Shown here one piece after another: positions 35,523 through 45,145 of a stretch of DNA of 64,000 bases. How positions within the stretch are numbered: the stretch's first letter is position 1; each line of letters starts with the position of its first letter. Source of the DNA: Candidatus Latescibacterota bacterium. Lineage in GTDB: Bacteria; Latescibacterota; UBA2968; GCA-2709665. The notes below the pieces were generated by a model that saw nothing but the letters and a program-made list of their open reading frames with translations, was not told the DNA's origin and searched no databases. The stretch spans positions 3,281,803 to 3,345,802 of the forward strand of contig OZ220733.1 of assembly GCA_965116875.1 (NCBI GenBank), in the 5' to 3' direction. The translations under genes were made by a program, and so were the position numbers.

Positions 35523-36212
35523 TCAGAAAAAGACGCCATCCAGGTCTACGTGCTGCTCGATGAGGTCGGTCAGGCAACCCGGGTTTCCGGCATCCACGTC
35601 CACGCCGGCATCATGCGGGACGATGCCCAGGGAGCGGACGCCGGACAGGCGGTGGATCACGTCCGGGCTTGTGCGTGCGGCGCGCGGGTCGCCTGGACTC
35701 GTGGTGTTGTAGACGACGCCGATCACCTTCTGATTGCGCCGTTGGGCGGCCTCGAGCGTCAGCAATGTGTGGTTGATCGTACCCAGCGCGGCGCGGGCGA
35801 CCACGAGCACGGGCAGGTCCAGACGGCGGGCGAGGTCCGCGACCAGGAAGTCGTCCCGGATGGGAACCAGCAGGCCGCCCACGCCCTCCACCAGGATGAT
35901 ATCGTGAAGGCGTGTCAGGCGGCTGTAGGCATCGTCGATGGGTTCCAGCGGGACCTGGCGGCCTTCCAGTTCGGCCGCTACGTTGGGCGACAGCGGCGCC
36001 GCGAGGCGGACGGGATTGACGAGTTCGAGTGCATCGGTAACGCCCGCGGCCGCAGCAAGGAATCGCGCATCGGCCGTTCCGCCCGAAGAGACGGGCTTGA
36101 ATACGCCCACGTCGACGCCGCGCCTGCGCAACAACGCCGCGATTCCGGCGGTTACGGCTGTCTTGCCCGCGCCGGTGTCGGTGGCGGTAACGAAGACTCC
36201 CCTGAATTCCAT
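35523..36212 (-). CDS. bioD: Dethiobiotin synthetase
   Basis: 229 aa. FVTATDTGAGKTAVTAG, VFKPVSSG, LVEGVGGLLVP. Confidence 0.85.
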   Translation of the reverse strand: MEFRGVFVTATDTGAGKTAVTAGIAALLRRRGVDVGVFKPVSSGGTADARFLAAAAGVTDALELVNPVRLAAPLSPNVAAELEGRQVPLEPIDDAYSRLTRLHDIILVEGVGGLLVPIRDDFLVADLARRLDLPVLVVARAALGTINHTLLTLEAAQRRNQKVIGVVYNTTSPGDPRAARTSPDVIHRLSGVRSLGIVPHDAGVDVDAGNPGCLTDLIEQHVDLDGVFF

Positions 36213-36280
36213 GATCGTGTTTATCCCGCAGATTCGGACGAGCCCGCCCGGGTACGTCGTGAATACGCGTCGGATTGCCG

Positions 36281-37648
36281 TCAGGCCGGGTTCGTCGCGA
36301 CCCTGATGGATTCGTAGACGATATCCAGCAGCGTTTCAAGATCGGGGTCGGGAATGGCAAGCGGCGGCATGAGGACGATGGTGTCGCCCAGCGGGCGGAT
36401 GAGAAGACCCCGTTTTCTGGCTTCGCCGCAGACGCGGGCGCCGATCCTCTCCGCGGGGGGATACGGCCGGCCGCCGGATCTGTCGGCAACCAGTTCGACG
36501 CCTGCGATGAAGCCGCACTGGCGAACGTCCCCCACGTGGGCAAGGGTCCTGAAGCGGCCGAGCCCGCGCGTGAGCAGTTCGATTTTCGGACGCAGCGACG
36601 CCAGCACGTCGTGGGTTTCAAAGTGTTCGATGGCGGCCAGCGCCGCCGCGCAGCCGAGCGGATTTCCTGTATACGTGTGGCCGTGAAAAAACGTCCGGCC
36701 TTCGCTGTCTTCGCCCAGAAACGCATCGAAGATCTCGCTGGTGGTGAGTGTGGCGGCCACGGGCAGGTATCCGCCCGTGATGCCCTTGCCCAGGCAGAGA
36801 ATGTCCGGCGCGACACCTTCTTTCCCGCATGCGAACATCGCGCCGGTGCGGCCGAAGCCGGTGGCGATTTCATCGGCGATCAGCAGGACGTGATGGGCCC
36901 TGCACAGTTCGGCGATGCCCTTCAGGTATCCTTCAGGATGGACCCGCATCCCGCCCGCGCCCTGGACAAGCGGTTCGACAACGAATGCGGCGATGCGGTG
37001 GGCGTCCCGTTCCAGGATTTCCTCGACCGCCCGCAGACAACCCTGGTTGCACCCGCTGTGACCGGCGCAGAACGCGCAGCGGTACGGGTGGGGCGACGGC
37101 GCATTCTGCGTGGCAAAGAGGAGCGGCCCGTACGCCTCGTGGAAGAGGTCGATATTCCCCACGCTCATGGCGCCGATGGTGTCGCCGTGATAGCTCTTCT
37201 CAAGGCTGAGAAAGCCGGTCTTCTCCGGTTTCGGATCCGGTTTCTGCCGCCAATACTGGAAGGCGATTTTGAGCGCGATTTCCACGGCGCACGCGCCGGT
37301 ATCCGAGTAGAACACGTGGTTGAGGCCGCCAGGCGTGATTTCCACGAGTTTCTCGGCCAGCCGGATCGCGGGGACGTTGGAAAGACCCAACAGGGTGCTG
37401 TGCGCGACCCGGTCGAGTTGTCCGCGTACGGCATCGTCGATTTCCCTGACGCGGTGACCGTGTACGTTGCACCACATGGAGGAGTAGCCGTCGAGGTACC
37501 GGTTTCCGTCGATATCCTCCAGGTGGACGCCGTCCGCGCGCGCGATGATGACGGGGTTCTCGCTCGCGTAGGATCGCATCTGGGTGAACGGATGCCAGAC
37601 CAGGCGGCGGTCGAGGTCTTTCAGGCGTGCCTTTTCGTCCGGAGACAT
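36281..37648 (-). CDS. bioA: Adenosylmethionine-8-amino-7-oxononanoate aminotransferase
   Basis: Track ORF 36281..37777 trimmed to MSPDEKARLKDLDRRLVWHPFTQM. Also has SYHGDT, LIADEIATGFGRTG, CLGKGITGGY (PLP Lys). Adjacent to bioD. Confidence 0.9.
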   Translation of the reverse strand: MSPDEKARLKDLDRRLVWHPFTQMRSYASENPVIIARADGVHLEDIDGNRYLDGYSSMWCNVHGHRVREIDDAVRGQLDRVAHSTLLGLSNVPAIRLAEKLVEITPGGLNHVFYSDTGACAVEIALKIAFQYWRQKPDPKPEKTGFLSLEKSYHGDTIGAMSVGNIDLFHEAYGPLLFATQNAPSPHPYRCAFCAGHSGCNQGCLRAVEEILERDAHRIAAFVVEPLVQGAGGMRVHPEGYLKGIAELCRAHHVLLIADEIATGFGRTGAMFACGKEGVAPDILCLGKGITGGYLPVAATLTTSEIFDAFLGEDSEGRTFFHGHTYTGNPLGCAAALAAIEHFETHDVLASLRPKIELLTRGLGRFRTLAHVGDVRQCGFIAGVELVADRSGGRPYPPAERIGARVCGEARKRGLLIRPLGDTIVLMPPLAIPDPDLETLLDIVYESIRVATNPA

Positions 37649-37841
37649 GATACCTGTTGTGGGGGGTTGGGACGGGAAGCGGCGGGTGAAGGCGGATTGC
37701 CGGAGTTCGTCCATGGCTGCGGACGCCGGACGACCGCCGCACCCGTCTCGATGGCAGCAGGCGCCGGGGGTCTGCAAGGTTGGTACCCGAGGTGCTGCGC
37801 CGGGATCGTCCGCCGGGCGGGATTCCCACGGAGCTTTTCGA

Positions 37842-38777
37842 TCATTGCCTGCTTGCGCCGATGCTCTCCAGGATGTCGACGGGCATCTTGCAGACCATCG
37901 TGTACGCGGGGTCGTAGACGTTGCCCACGTCGTATTCCACGGCTTGGCCCATCAGGATATGAATCGACCGGGCATCCAGGCCGTAATCTTCCTGGAGGAA
38001 CCGGATCAGCTCGGTGGTGGCGTGCTGCGTCGCCTGGTCCAGTGGGCGGGCGTTGCCCACGGCCATCACGTGTGTGTCGCTGATTGCGCGGGGCCACTGA
38101 ATGGTCTTGCCCTTGATGAGGCGCAGCGTGAAGGTCACGTCGAAGGAAATCTCGATGCCCGTACCCGCGATCTCGCCGTCGCCCTGCACGGCATGGCCGT
38201 CGCCGATGTGGAACAGGCCGCCGTCGACGAATACGGGGAAGTACACGGTTACGCCCTGGACAAACTCCCTGTAGTCCATATTGCCGCCGTGCGTGTCGGA
38301 CGTGGCGGTGGAAATGGCCTGGCCGCGGGGCGGCGCCACCCCGAAGCAGCCAACCATGGGCTTCAGGGGGATCCGGAGCCTGCCGATGGGGAGGTCATCG
38401 AAGCCGACGGGCGTGGCCGTGTTGTTTTCGAAGTCGATTTCCCAATCCAGGAGCCGGCCGCGGTTATCATCGAATTCCGGCGTGTATCCGAAGTCCAGGA
38501 CGTTGGCGGCGACAACGCCCGACGTGTACCCGATCTTTCGGTTGGGCGCCAGTTTGTCGAAGGAAACGGCCAGCGTGTCGCCGGGCTCGGCGCCTTCCAG
38601 GTAGAAGGGACCCGTCTGGGGATTGCCGGCGGGTGTGACCGGATTGCCCGTGGCATCGCTACCGCCCGCGTCAACCGTGGTGGTTGAGATGGTGTCTCCG
38701 CTGGCGACGCTCAGCACGGGGTCGTGCGCGCCGATAGCCGTGTGGTAGGTTTCCGGGACGAATTGATGGTGAGCCAT
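37842..38777 (-). CDS. Acetamidase/formamidase family protein
   Basis: 311 aa. GPFYLEGAEPGDTLAV, HGGNMDY and GDGHAVQGDGEI are typical of the FmdA/AmdA family. Confidence 0.75.
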   Translation of the reverse strand: MAHHQFVPETYHTAIGAHDPVLSVASGDTISTTTVDAGGSDATGNPVTPAGNPQTGPFYLEGAEPGDTLAVSFDKLAPNRKIGYTSGVVAANVLDFGYTPEFDDNRGRLLDWEIDFENNTATPVGFDDLPIGRLRIPLKPMVGCFGVAPPRGQAISTATSDTHGGNMDYREFVQGVTVYFPVFVDGGLFHIGDGHAVQGDGEIAGTGIEISFDVTFTLRLIKGKTIQWPRAISDTHVMAVGNARPLDQATQHATTELIRFLQEDYGLDARSIHILMGQAVEYDVGNVYDPAYTMVCKMPVDILESIGASRQ

Positions 38778-38867
38778 GGATGCTCCTTCTGGAGAGGGTG
38801 CGGGGGACGGCCGGGCGATCGGCTGAAGAAGTGACCCTCCCGCTGACGCCCGTTTACAGCCGATTCG

Positions 38868-39806
38868 TTACTGTTGCACCGCAATCATGCGGATTTTCGA
38901 GGGCGCCTTCCACGCGGAGACCCACGTTTGGCCCCGGTCCCGGCTGCCGTAGAGGGAGTCGTCTGCGACCGACCAGGCGCGGCCGTCGGGCGTAAAGCCA
39001 ATGTGAAAGGTGTCGATGTTGCCTGCCGTGGTGCCGGGGAAACCGTCTGCGACGTGCGACCAGGCCCGGCCGCCGTTTTCGGTCCGGTAGAGCTGTCCCT
39101 GAGCGTCTCCGTGTGGCCCGGTGCTGACCGAGGCGAGCAGGCAGTCCGGTTCTTCCGGATGCACGGCAATGGCCCGGCCGTAATAGTAGGGAAAGCCGTC
39201 TGAGCGGTGATGCCAGGATGCGCCGCGGTCGTGGCTGAGGTAAACGGCGTGTGCCGTGTTCGCGTAGACCCGGTCGTCTTCCCGGGGTGACGTGGCCACC
39301 TGGTGGACGTCCTGGTGCAGGTCCGGTGTGACGGGCTCCCAGCTTCGGCCCCGGTCGGGCGACCGCATGATGCTGCCCACGTGGATGTCGGCATAAACCC
39401 AGCCGTCGCCCGTGCGCGCCATGCTCCGGACTGCCGCGGGTCCTCCCCAGGGTGTATACCAGTCCCCGCGGCATTCCAGCGCGTCGAAAGAGTCCAGGCG
39501 ATCGGCGCCGCCGTCCGTTACGGCGTAAACGTGCGGGGCTTCCACACCCACGAGGAAATGCAGCGGATCTTCATCCAGGATAAGAAGGCACTCTATGGGT
39601 TCTGCGATGCCGGTGTCGAGCCTCCGCCTACCGTTTTGCGACAGTACGGCGACGTCGCCGCCTTGGAGCGCGGCGAGGCCGATGGACCGGCCTTCCGCGA
39701 TCGCCTGGACTTCACCGTCTGCGAGGACGTTTCGCGGTGCGGTCGGGTCGCCATTCAGGGCGTATACCGTGTCTCGGGTGGCAATCAGCATAATGACTCC
39801 TCTCAT
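38868..39806 (-). CDS. BNR/Asp-box repeat beta-propeller protein
   Basis: 312 aa with repeated SxDxGxxW boxes: SPDRGRSW, SHDRGASW, TENGGRAW, SRDRGQTW. Confidence 0.6.
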   Translation of the reverse strand: MRGVIMLIATRDTVYALNGDPTAPRNVLADGEVQAIAEGRSIGLAALQGGDVAVLSQNGRRRLDTGIAEPIECLLILDEDPLHFLVGVEAPHVYAVTDGGADRLDSFDALECRGDWYTPWGGPAAVRSMARTGDGWVYADIHVGSIMRSPDRGRSWEPVTPDLHQDVHQVATSPREDDRVYANTAHAVYLSHDRGASWHHRSDGFPYYYGRAIAVHPEEPDCLLASVSTGPHGDAQGQLYRTENGGRAWSHVADGFPGTTAGNIDTFHIGFTPDGRAWSVADDSLYGSRDRGQTWVSAWKAPSKIRMIAVQQ

Positions 39807-39871
39807 GGAACGGGTCGCAGGGCCGGATGCGGACCGCGGCGAAACCCGAAGATCGGCGACGAGTCAGGGCC

Positions 39872-40936
39872 TCAAAAATAGCGAACATTCAGTCCGCCGT
39901 CCGGCAATGGGAGATCGACAGCGCGGTGTTCGTCCGCGGCGCGGTTCCAGGCCAGGCAGAGCTCCAGCACGTTTCGCGCGTGCTCCGGCGTGACGTCGAG
40001 CGGATGGCCGTCCCGGACGCTGCGGACAAAACGTCCCACCGCGGCGTCGATCGTATCGTTCTGCGCCCGGTAGAAAACGCGGGGTGCGCCCTCGTCGTCC
40101 TTGCGCCACACGATGCCTTCCATGACGTCCAGGTGCGCCCGGGCAATACCTTCGGTGCCCACGACTTCCATCTCCCAGGCCGGGGCGCCGCAACTGACGT
40201 TGAAGATGATGTCCATGGACCCCATGCGGCCGTCTTCGAACCGGACGGTGCCCTTGCCGGAATCCATCCAGATGCTGTGTGGCGTGGCCAGGTTGTCGTA
40301 TTCGGCAAATGCGCGGACCGCGGGTGAATCGATGAGCCAGAGAAGTAAATCTGCTGCGTAGACGCCCAGCGAGAGTCCGATGCCGCCCTGCCCCGGGCCG
40401 AATTCACCGCTGCCGTCGAAGACGGTTCCAGGGCCGAAACAGCCGTGTTGAATCCACGCCCGTGACGTGATGACGCGCCCCACCGCCCCGTTCTGCACCC
40501 GTGTTCCCATCGCGCGGATGGCGCCGTCTTCCCGTCCGGGCAGCAGGGCGGACAGCAGTACGTGATTGCGACGGGACGCGTCGATCATTTCATCCGCGCC
40601 CGCCAGGGTCATACACATGGGTTTGCTGATATAGGCGTGAGCGCCCGCGTCCATCGCGCAGGCGGCCTGCCGCGGTTTCAGGTCGTCCGCACAGGTGACG
40701 AAAACAACGTCGAGGGACTCGGCGCGGACCATCTCCGGCACCGCGGCATACGCACGGATTCCGTATTGGGCGCCGAACGCCTCCCGGGACGTCATGCCGA
40801 GTCTGCCCAGCGTTTCGTCGCTCTGATCCAGATGCGCGTACGCGGTCAGTTCGACGTCCGGATTACGAATTGCGGATCGGGCAAACGCATTGGAATAGTA
40901 CGATCCGATGCCGCAAACGCCCGCTCTCAGCGCCAT
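39872..40936 (-). CDS. Gfo/Idh/MocA family oxidoreductase
   Basis: 354 aa. N-terminal Rossmann AGVCGIGSYYSNAF and the family-typical AHAYISKPM. Confidence 0.7.
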   Translation of the reverse strand: MALRAGVCGIGSYYSNAFARSAIRNPDVELTAYAHLDQSDETLGRLGMTSREAFGAQYGIRAYAAVPEMVRAESLDVVFVTCADDLKPRQAACAMDAGAHAYISKPMCMTLAGADEMIDASRRNHVLLSALLPGREDGAIRAMGTRVQNGAVGRVITSRAWIQHGCFGPGTVFDGSGEFGPGQGGIGLSLGVYAADLLLWLIDSPAVRAFAEYDNLATPHSIWMDSGKGTVRFEDGRMGSMDIIFNVSCGAPAWEMEVVGTEGIARAHLDVMEGIVWRKDDEGAPRVFYRAQNDTIDAAVGRFVRSVRDGHPLDVTPEHARNVLELCLAWNRAADEHRAVDLPLPDGGLNVRYF

Positions 40937-41187
40937 GGCTTCAGTTCCTTATTGACTGGCAACGAACGAAATCGGTCCTCGGGATCGTCGCGCCGCATAT
41001 CCAGTTTGCGGCCCACACCCCGCACGGTGTCTGCGAGTGGGTATTTATGGCAATATCGGTGGCATTGTCAAGCGCAATCGTTCGCGAAGGCGGTTTGGCA
41101 GGGGCGCCTTCCGGGCTTGCCTCGCAGGGTACGGTCACCTGCAAATCGAAGGAAATTCGTTCGAATCGATCGTGATCGGGAGGCTGA

Positions 41188-42630
41188 ATGAACGACGGTG
41201 AAAACGGGATCCGGCTGGAGTTGGCGGATGAGACGCTGCCGCCGACCGTCCAGTCGTCAGACATTCGGAATATCGACGACAGTCTGGGCGAGATCCACGA
41301 TCTGTTCGCGAAGGAGGCGTCGATTGCGGCGGATACCCTGGCGCGGTACGGCCGGGCCTGGACGCGCAGCCATCTGCAGGTTGGGGATATCAGACGGACG
41401 GTGGAGTTGGCGAATCGCGCGCGGGACGAATTCGCGGCGCTCGTCACTCTGGGGATCGGGGGGTCCGACCTGAGCGCGCGGGTCTTTCACGATGTGCTGA
41501 ATCCCGCGTACCACAACCTGCTGCCGGCGGACGAACGGGGCGGGGCGCCCGAAGTCTATTTCGCGGGGGATACGTTCGACCCCCGCCGGCTGGTGGCCTT
41601 GCTGGACATGCTGACCCGGCGCGGATTGCTGGACCGCACCCTGTTTAACGTGATCAGCAAATCCGGGCGCACGGTCGAGACCGGCAGCGCGTTGATGGTG
41701 GTGCGGGACTGGATCTCACGTCACACGCCAGGGGCCGCGAATGGCTGGAGCAGGCAGATTGTAGCTACAACCGGCCGGGACGCCGGAAGCGCGCTGTCTG
41801 AATTGCACCGGAAGCGTCCATTTTACGGCGACGCGCTGTTGCCCGTACCGGAGGGCGTGGGCGGCAGGTTTTCGGCATTTTCACCCGTGGGGACGTTTTT
41901 TCTGGCGATGACGGCCGCAACGGGGATTTCTCCCGGTTCGCGCGTTCGGGAATTGCTGGACGGGGTGGGTTGGGCCGATGCCCACTGGCGCCTGCCCTGG
42001 CGGGACGAGCGAAACATCGCCTGCCGCCTCGCCCGGTGGCTGCATCTCCAAGAGGTGTACGGCGGGAAGCGGGCGCTCGTATTCTACAATTACGCGGACG
42101 ACCGCCGACTCGGAGACTGGTTTCAGCAGCTCTATGACGAATCGCTGCAGGAGCGGGAAGACGGCCTGCACGTCGTACCCGCCGTCGGGCCGGCGGCCAA
42201 CCACTCCATCCTGAACGGCATCGTGGGCGGGCGTTCGGACCGGGCCGTTCTATTCGTGCACTGGGAGGATCTGGGGCCCGATATTGACATACCGGAGGGT
42301 GCGGATATCGGCGGTGAGACGGCCGTGCTCGGCGGGCTTCGGATGGGCGAGGCGCAGTCAGCCTCGTACCGGGGCACGGCCGCGGATTTTTCCGGGCGCG
42401 GGATTCCGAGCGCAACGCTGCACGCGGCACGGCGGGACGAAAGACACCTTGGCGCATTGATGCGGGTCCTGATGGATACCGTTGCGGTGAAGGGACGGCT
42501 GCAGGGCCTCCACGTCAACGATGCGGGAGAAGTGGATCCGTCCGCAGATCTCACCTACTCGCAGGCCGGGGTTGAAGGGTCCAAACGGCGCACCCGCGAT
42601 CTGGCGCTTCAGATGAAATCCCCGAGCTGA
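41188..42630 (+). CDS. pgi: Glucose-6-phosphate isomerase
   Basis: 480 aa. LVTLGIGGSDLSARV, VISKSGRTVET, GGRFSAFSPVG. GGGAGG lies 6 nt before the ATG. Confidence 0.75.
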   Translation: MNDGENGIRLELADETLPPTVQSSDIRNIDDSLGEIHDLFAKEASIAADTLARYGRAWTRSHLQVGDIRRTVELANRARDEFAALVTLGIGGSDLSARVFHDVLNPAYHNLLPADERGGAPEVYFAGDTFDPRRLVALLDMLTRRGLLDRTLFNVISKSGRTVETGSALMVVRDWISRHTPGAANGWSRQIVATTGRDAGSALSELHRKRPFYGDALLPVPEGVGGRFSAFSPVGTFFLAMTAATGISPGSRVRELLDGVGWADAHWRLPWRDERNIACRLARWLHLQEVYGGKRALVFYNYADDRRLGDWFQQLYDESLQEREDGLHVVPAVGPAANHSILNGIVGGRSDRAVLFVHWEDLGPDIDIPEGADIGGETAVLGGLRMGEAQSASYRGTAADFSGRGIPSATLHAARRDERHLGALMRVLMDTVAVKGRLQGLHVNDAGEVDPSADLTYSQAGVEGSKRRTRDLALQMKSPS

Positions 42631-42759
42631 GACAGCGGAGCCGGTCCGGAATCAGTTCGCCGGGGGACCGGGCCGGGGTTTCTTTTTGTGCCGCCATTTT
42701 GTTCTGGTTATCTTGACGGCGGGAACCGATTCTCCAAAAGAGAGCAAAGGAGCGGAACG

Positions 42760-44952
42760 ATGGCGGTTGAAATTGGCGGCTTGAGGGTTGAAGAAGTCCT
42801 TTACGATCTGGTCAGGAACGAGATCGCACCGGGCACGGACGTGGACCCGGATGCATTCTGGACGGCGCTGGGAGAGATCGTCCGGGACCTCGGTCCGGGA
42901 AACCGGGAATTGTTGGACATGCGGGACAGGATCCAGGAGAAGATGGACGGGTGGTACCGCGAGAGGAAGGGCCGGCCGATTGACGCGGAGGAGTACCGAA
43001 GTTTTCTGACCGATATCGGCTACCTGGCGCCGGAGGGCGACCATTTCGAGTTGACCACCGCCCGGGTAGACCCCGAAATCGCAACGGTGGCCGGCCCCCA
43101 GTTGGTGGTTCCCGTGGACAATGCCCGGTATGCGCTGAATGCGGCCAATGCGCGCTGGGGGAGTCTCTACGACGCGCTGTACGGAACCAACGTGATTCCG
43201 GAGGAACCCGGGGCGGAGAAGGGCGAAGCCTACAACCCGGTCCGAGGCGCGAAGGTGATCGACGCGGCAGAGGCGTTTCTGGACGACGCGGCGGGTCTGG
43301 CATCCGGGCGTTACTCGGAGGTCACGCGATTTGCGATTGTGGAAGAGGACGGTGTCGGTCGACTCGTGGCGACGCTCCGGGACGGCAGGGACATCGGCCT
43401 GGCGAATCCGGATCAGTTCCGCGGATATCGAAGAGACGGCGGCGATCTCTCGGCGGTGCTGCTGGTGAACAACGGGCTGCACATCGAGATCCGGATCGAC
43501 CGGAGCCATCCGGTGGGCGCCGCGCATCCGGCGGGCGTCAGGGACGTACTTCTGGAGGCGGCGGTGACGACGATCCAGGATTGCGAGGATTCGGTGTCGG
43601 CCGTGGACGCGGAGGACAAGGCGCTGGTATACGGAAACTGGAACGGCATCATGCGGGGTACGCTGGAGACGACCTTCGAAAAGGGCGGCCGGCAAATGAC
43701 GCGGCGGCTGAGCCCGGACCGGAAGTTTACGGCGCCTGACGGCGGGAAACTCACGCTGCCGTGCCGCAGCCTTCTGCTGGTACGGAACGTCGGCATCCAT
43801 ATGTACACCGACAGCGTGACGACTGCCGGCAGGGAGGAAATCCCCGAGGGATTCCTGGATGCGATGGTGACCGCGCTCGCGGCAAAACACGATCTGAAGC
43901 GGCAGGGGGAATTCGTCAACAGCGGCGCGGGCAGCATCTACATCGTGAAACCCAAGCTGCACGGCCCGGAAGAGGTGGCGGCCACGATCGATCTGTTCGA
44001 ACGCGTGGAGGCGGCGCTGGGTCTGGAGCGCAACACGATCAAGATCGGCATTATGGATGAAGAGCGACGGACGACCGTGAATCTGAAGGCGGCGATCCGC
44101 CAGGCGAGGGATCGGGTGGTGTTCATCAACACAGGTTTTCTGGACCGTACCGGCGACGAGATCCACACGAGCATGGAGGCCGGTCCGATGCATCCGAAGG
44201 CCGACATCAGGGCGCAGCCGTGGCTCGCGGCGTACGAGGACTGGAACGTGGACGTGGGGGTGGAGACCGGTTTCAGCGGCCGCGGACAGATCGGGAAAGG
44301 GATGTGGACGATGCCGGACGAGATGCGCGATATGGTGGAGACCAAGATCGGACATCCGGAATCGGGGGCCAGCACCGCATGGGTGCCGTCTCCCACCGCG
44401 GCGGTGCTGCACGCCATGCACTATCACCGGGTGGACGTGGCGGCGAGGCAGGCGGAACTTGCCCGGCGCGAGCGGGCGAGTCTGGACGAAATCCTGACGC
44501 CGCCGCTGTTGGACCGGGATCTGACGGAGGACGAGATCCAGCGGGAGCTGGACAACAATGCACAGGGTATTCTGGGTTACGTGGTGCGGTGGGTGGACCA
44601 GGGCGTGGGATGCTCGAAGGTACCGGATATCCACGACGTGGGACTGATGGAGGACCGTGCGACGCTGCGGATTTCCAGCCAGCATATCGCCAACTGGCTG
44701 CATCACGGAATCGTGAGCCGGGCGCAGGTGCGAGCGACGTTCGAGAAGATGGCGGCACTTGTGGACGAGCAGAACAGCGGAGATCCGGACTATCGGAATA
44801 TGGCGCCGGACTTCGAGCAGAGCATCGCGTTTCAGGCCGCGCTGGACCTGGTGTTCGAGGGCGTGGCGGAGCCGAACGGCTACACCGAACGGGTGCTGCA
44901 TCAGCGGCGGAGGGAAGTGAAGGAGCGGGTAGACGTAAGACGTGAGACGTGA
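42760..44952 (+). CDS. glcB: Malate synthase G
   Basis: Track ORF 42688..44952 trimmed to ATG 42760 (AAGGAG upstream). [67 protein letters not shown]. The last codons and the stop lie in repeat element E5. Confidence 0.9.
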   Translation: MAVEIGGLRVEEVLYDLVRNEIAPGTDVDPDAFWTALGEIVRDLGPGNRELLDMRDRIQEKMDGWYRERKGRPIDAEEYRSFLTDIGYLAPEGDHFELTTARVDPEIATVAGPQLVVPVDNARYALNAANARWGSLYDALYGTNVIPEEPGAEKGEAYNPVRGAKVIDAAEAFLDDAAGLASGRYSEVTRFAIVEEDGVGRLVATLRDGRDIGLANPDQFRGYRRDGGDLSAVLLVNNGLHIEIRIDRSHPVGAAHPAGVRDVLLEAAVTTIQDCEDSVSAVDAEDKALVYGNWNGIMRGTLETTFEKGGRQMTRRLSPDRKFTAPDGGKLTLPCRSLLLVRNVGIHMYTDSVTTAGREEIPEGFLDAMVTALAAKHDLKRQGEFVNSGAGSIYIVKPKLHGPEEVAATIDLFERVEAALGLERNTIKIGIMDEERRTTVNLKAAIRQARDRVVFINTGFLDRTGDEIHTSMEAGPMHPKADIRAQPWLAAYEDWNVDVGVETGFSGRGQIGKGMWTMPDEMRDMVETKIGHPESGASTAWVPSPTAAVLHAMHYHRVDVAARQAELARRERASLDEILTPPLLDRDLTEDEIQRELDNNAQGILGYVVRWVDQGVGCSKVPDIHDVGLMEDRATLRISSQHIANWLHHGIVSRAQVRATFEKMAALVDEQNSGDPDYRNMAPDFEQSIAFQAALDLVFEGVAEPNGYTERVLHQRRREVKERVDVRRET

Positions 44953-45052
44953 GAGATTGTCTGCCCTGTACGGTGACATCGCTTGCCGCAGGCATAAAGG
45001 AGAACCAATCGGGCAAGGACGTCTTCTACCGTCTACCGTCTAACGTCTCACC
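44927..45052. repeat. MITE/REP-like hairpin element, copy E5
   Basis: gtagacgtaagacgtgagacgtgagagattgtctgcc...cttgccgcaggca...cgggcaaggacgtcttctaccgtctaccgtctaacgtctcacc. The arms are inverted repeats. Same family as E1 and E4. Confidence 0.7.
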
Positions 45053-45145
45053 GTTTCATGTTGTCCATTGACTTTTCCCGGGTGGATATTAACTTAAGCA
45101 CAGATTTTTCTGCAGTACTACAAGCGCAATAAAGGAGAACGGGAT

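Noticed and set aside
35611-38083. ORFs 35611..36873(-) at 420 aa and 36275..38083(+) at 602 aa overlapping bioD/bioA
   Set aside because: They are out of frame or antisense to bioD and bioA, which carry clear motifs. Their translations are Arg/Pro/Gly-rich.
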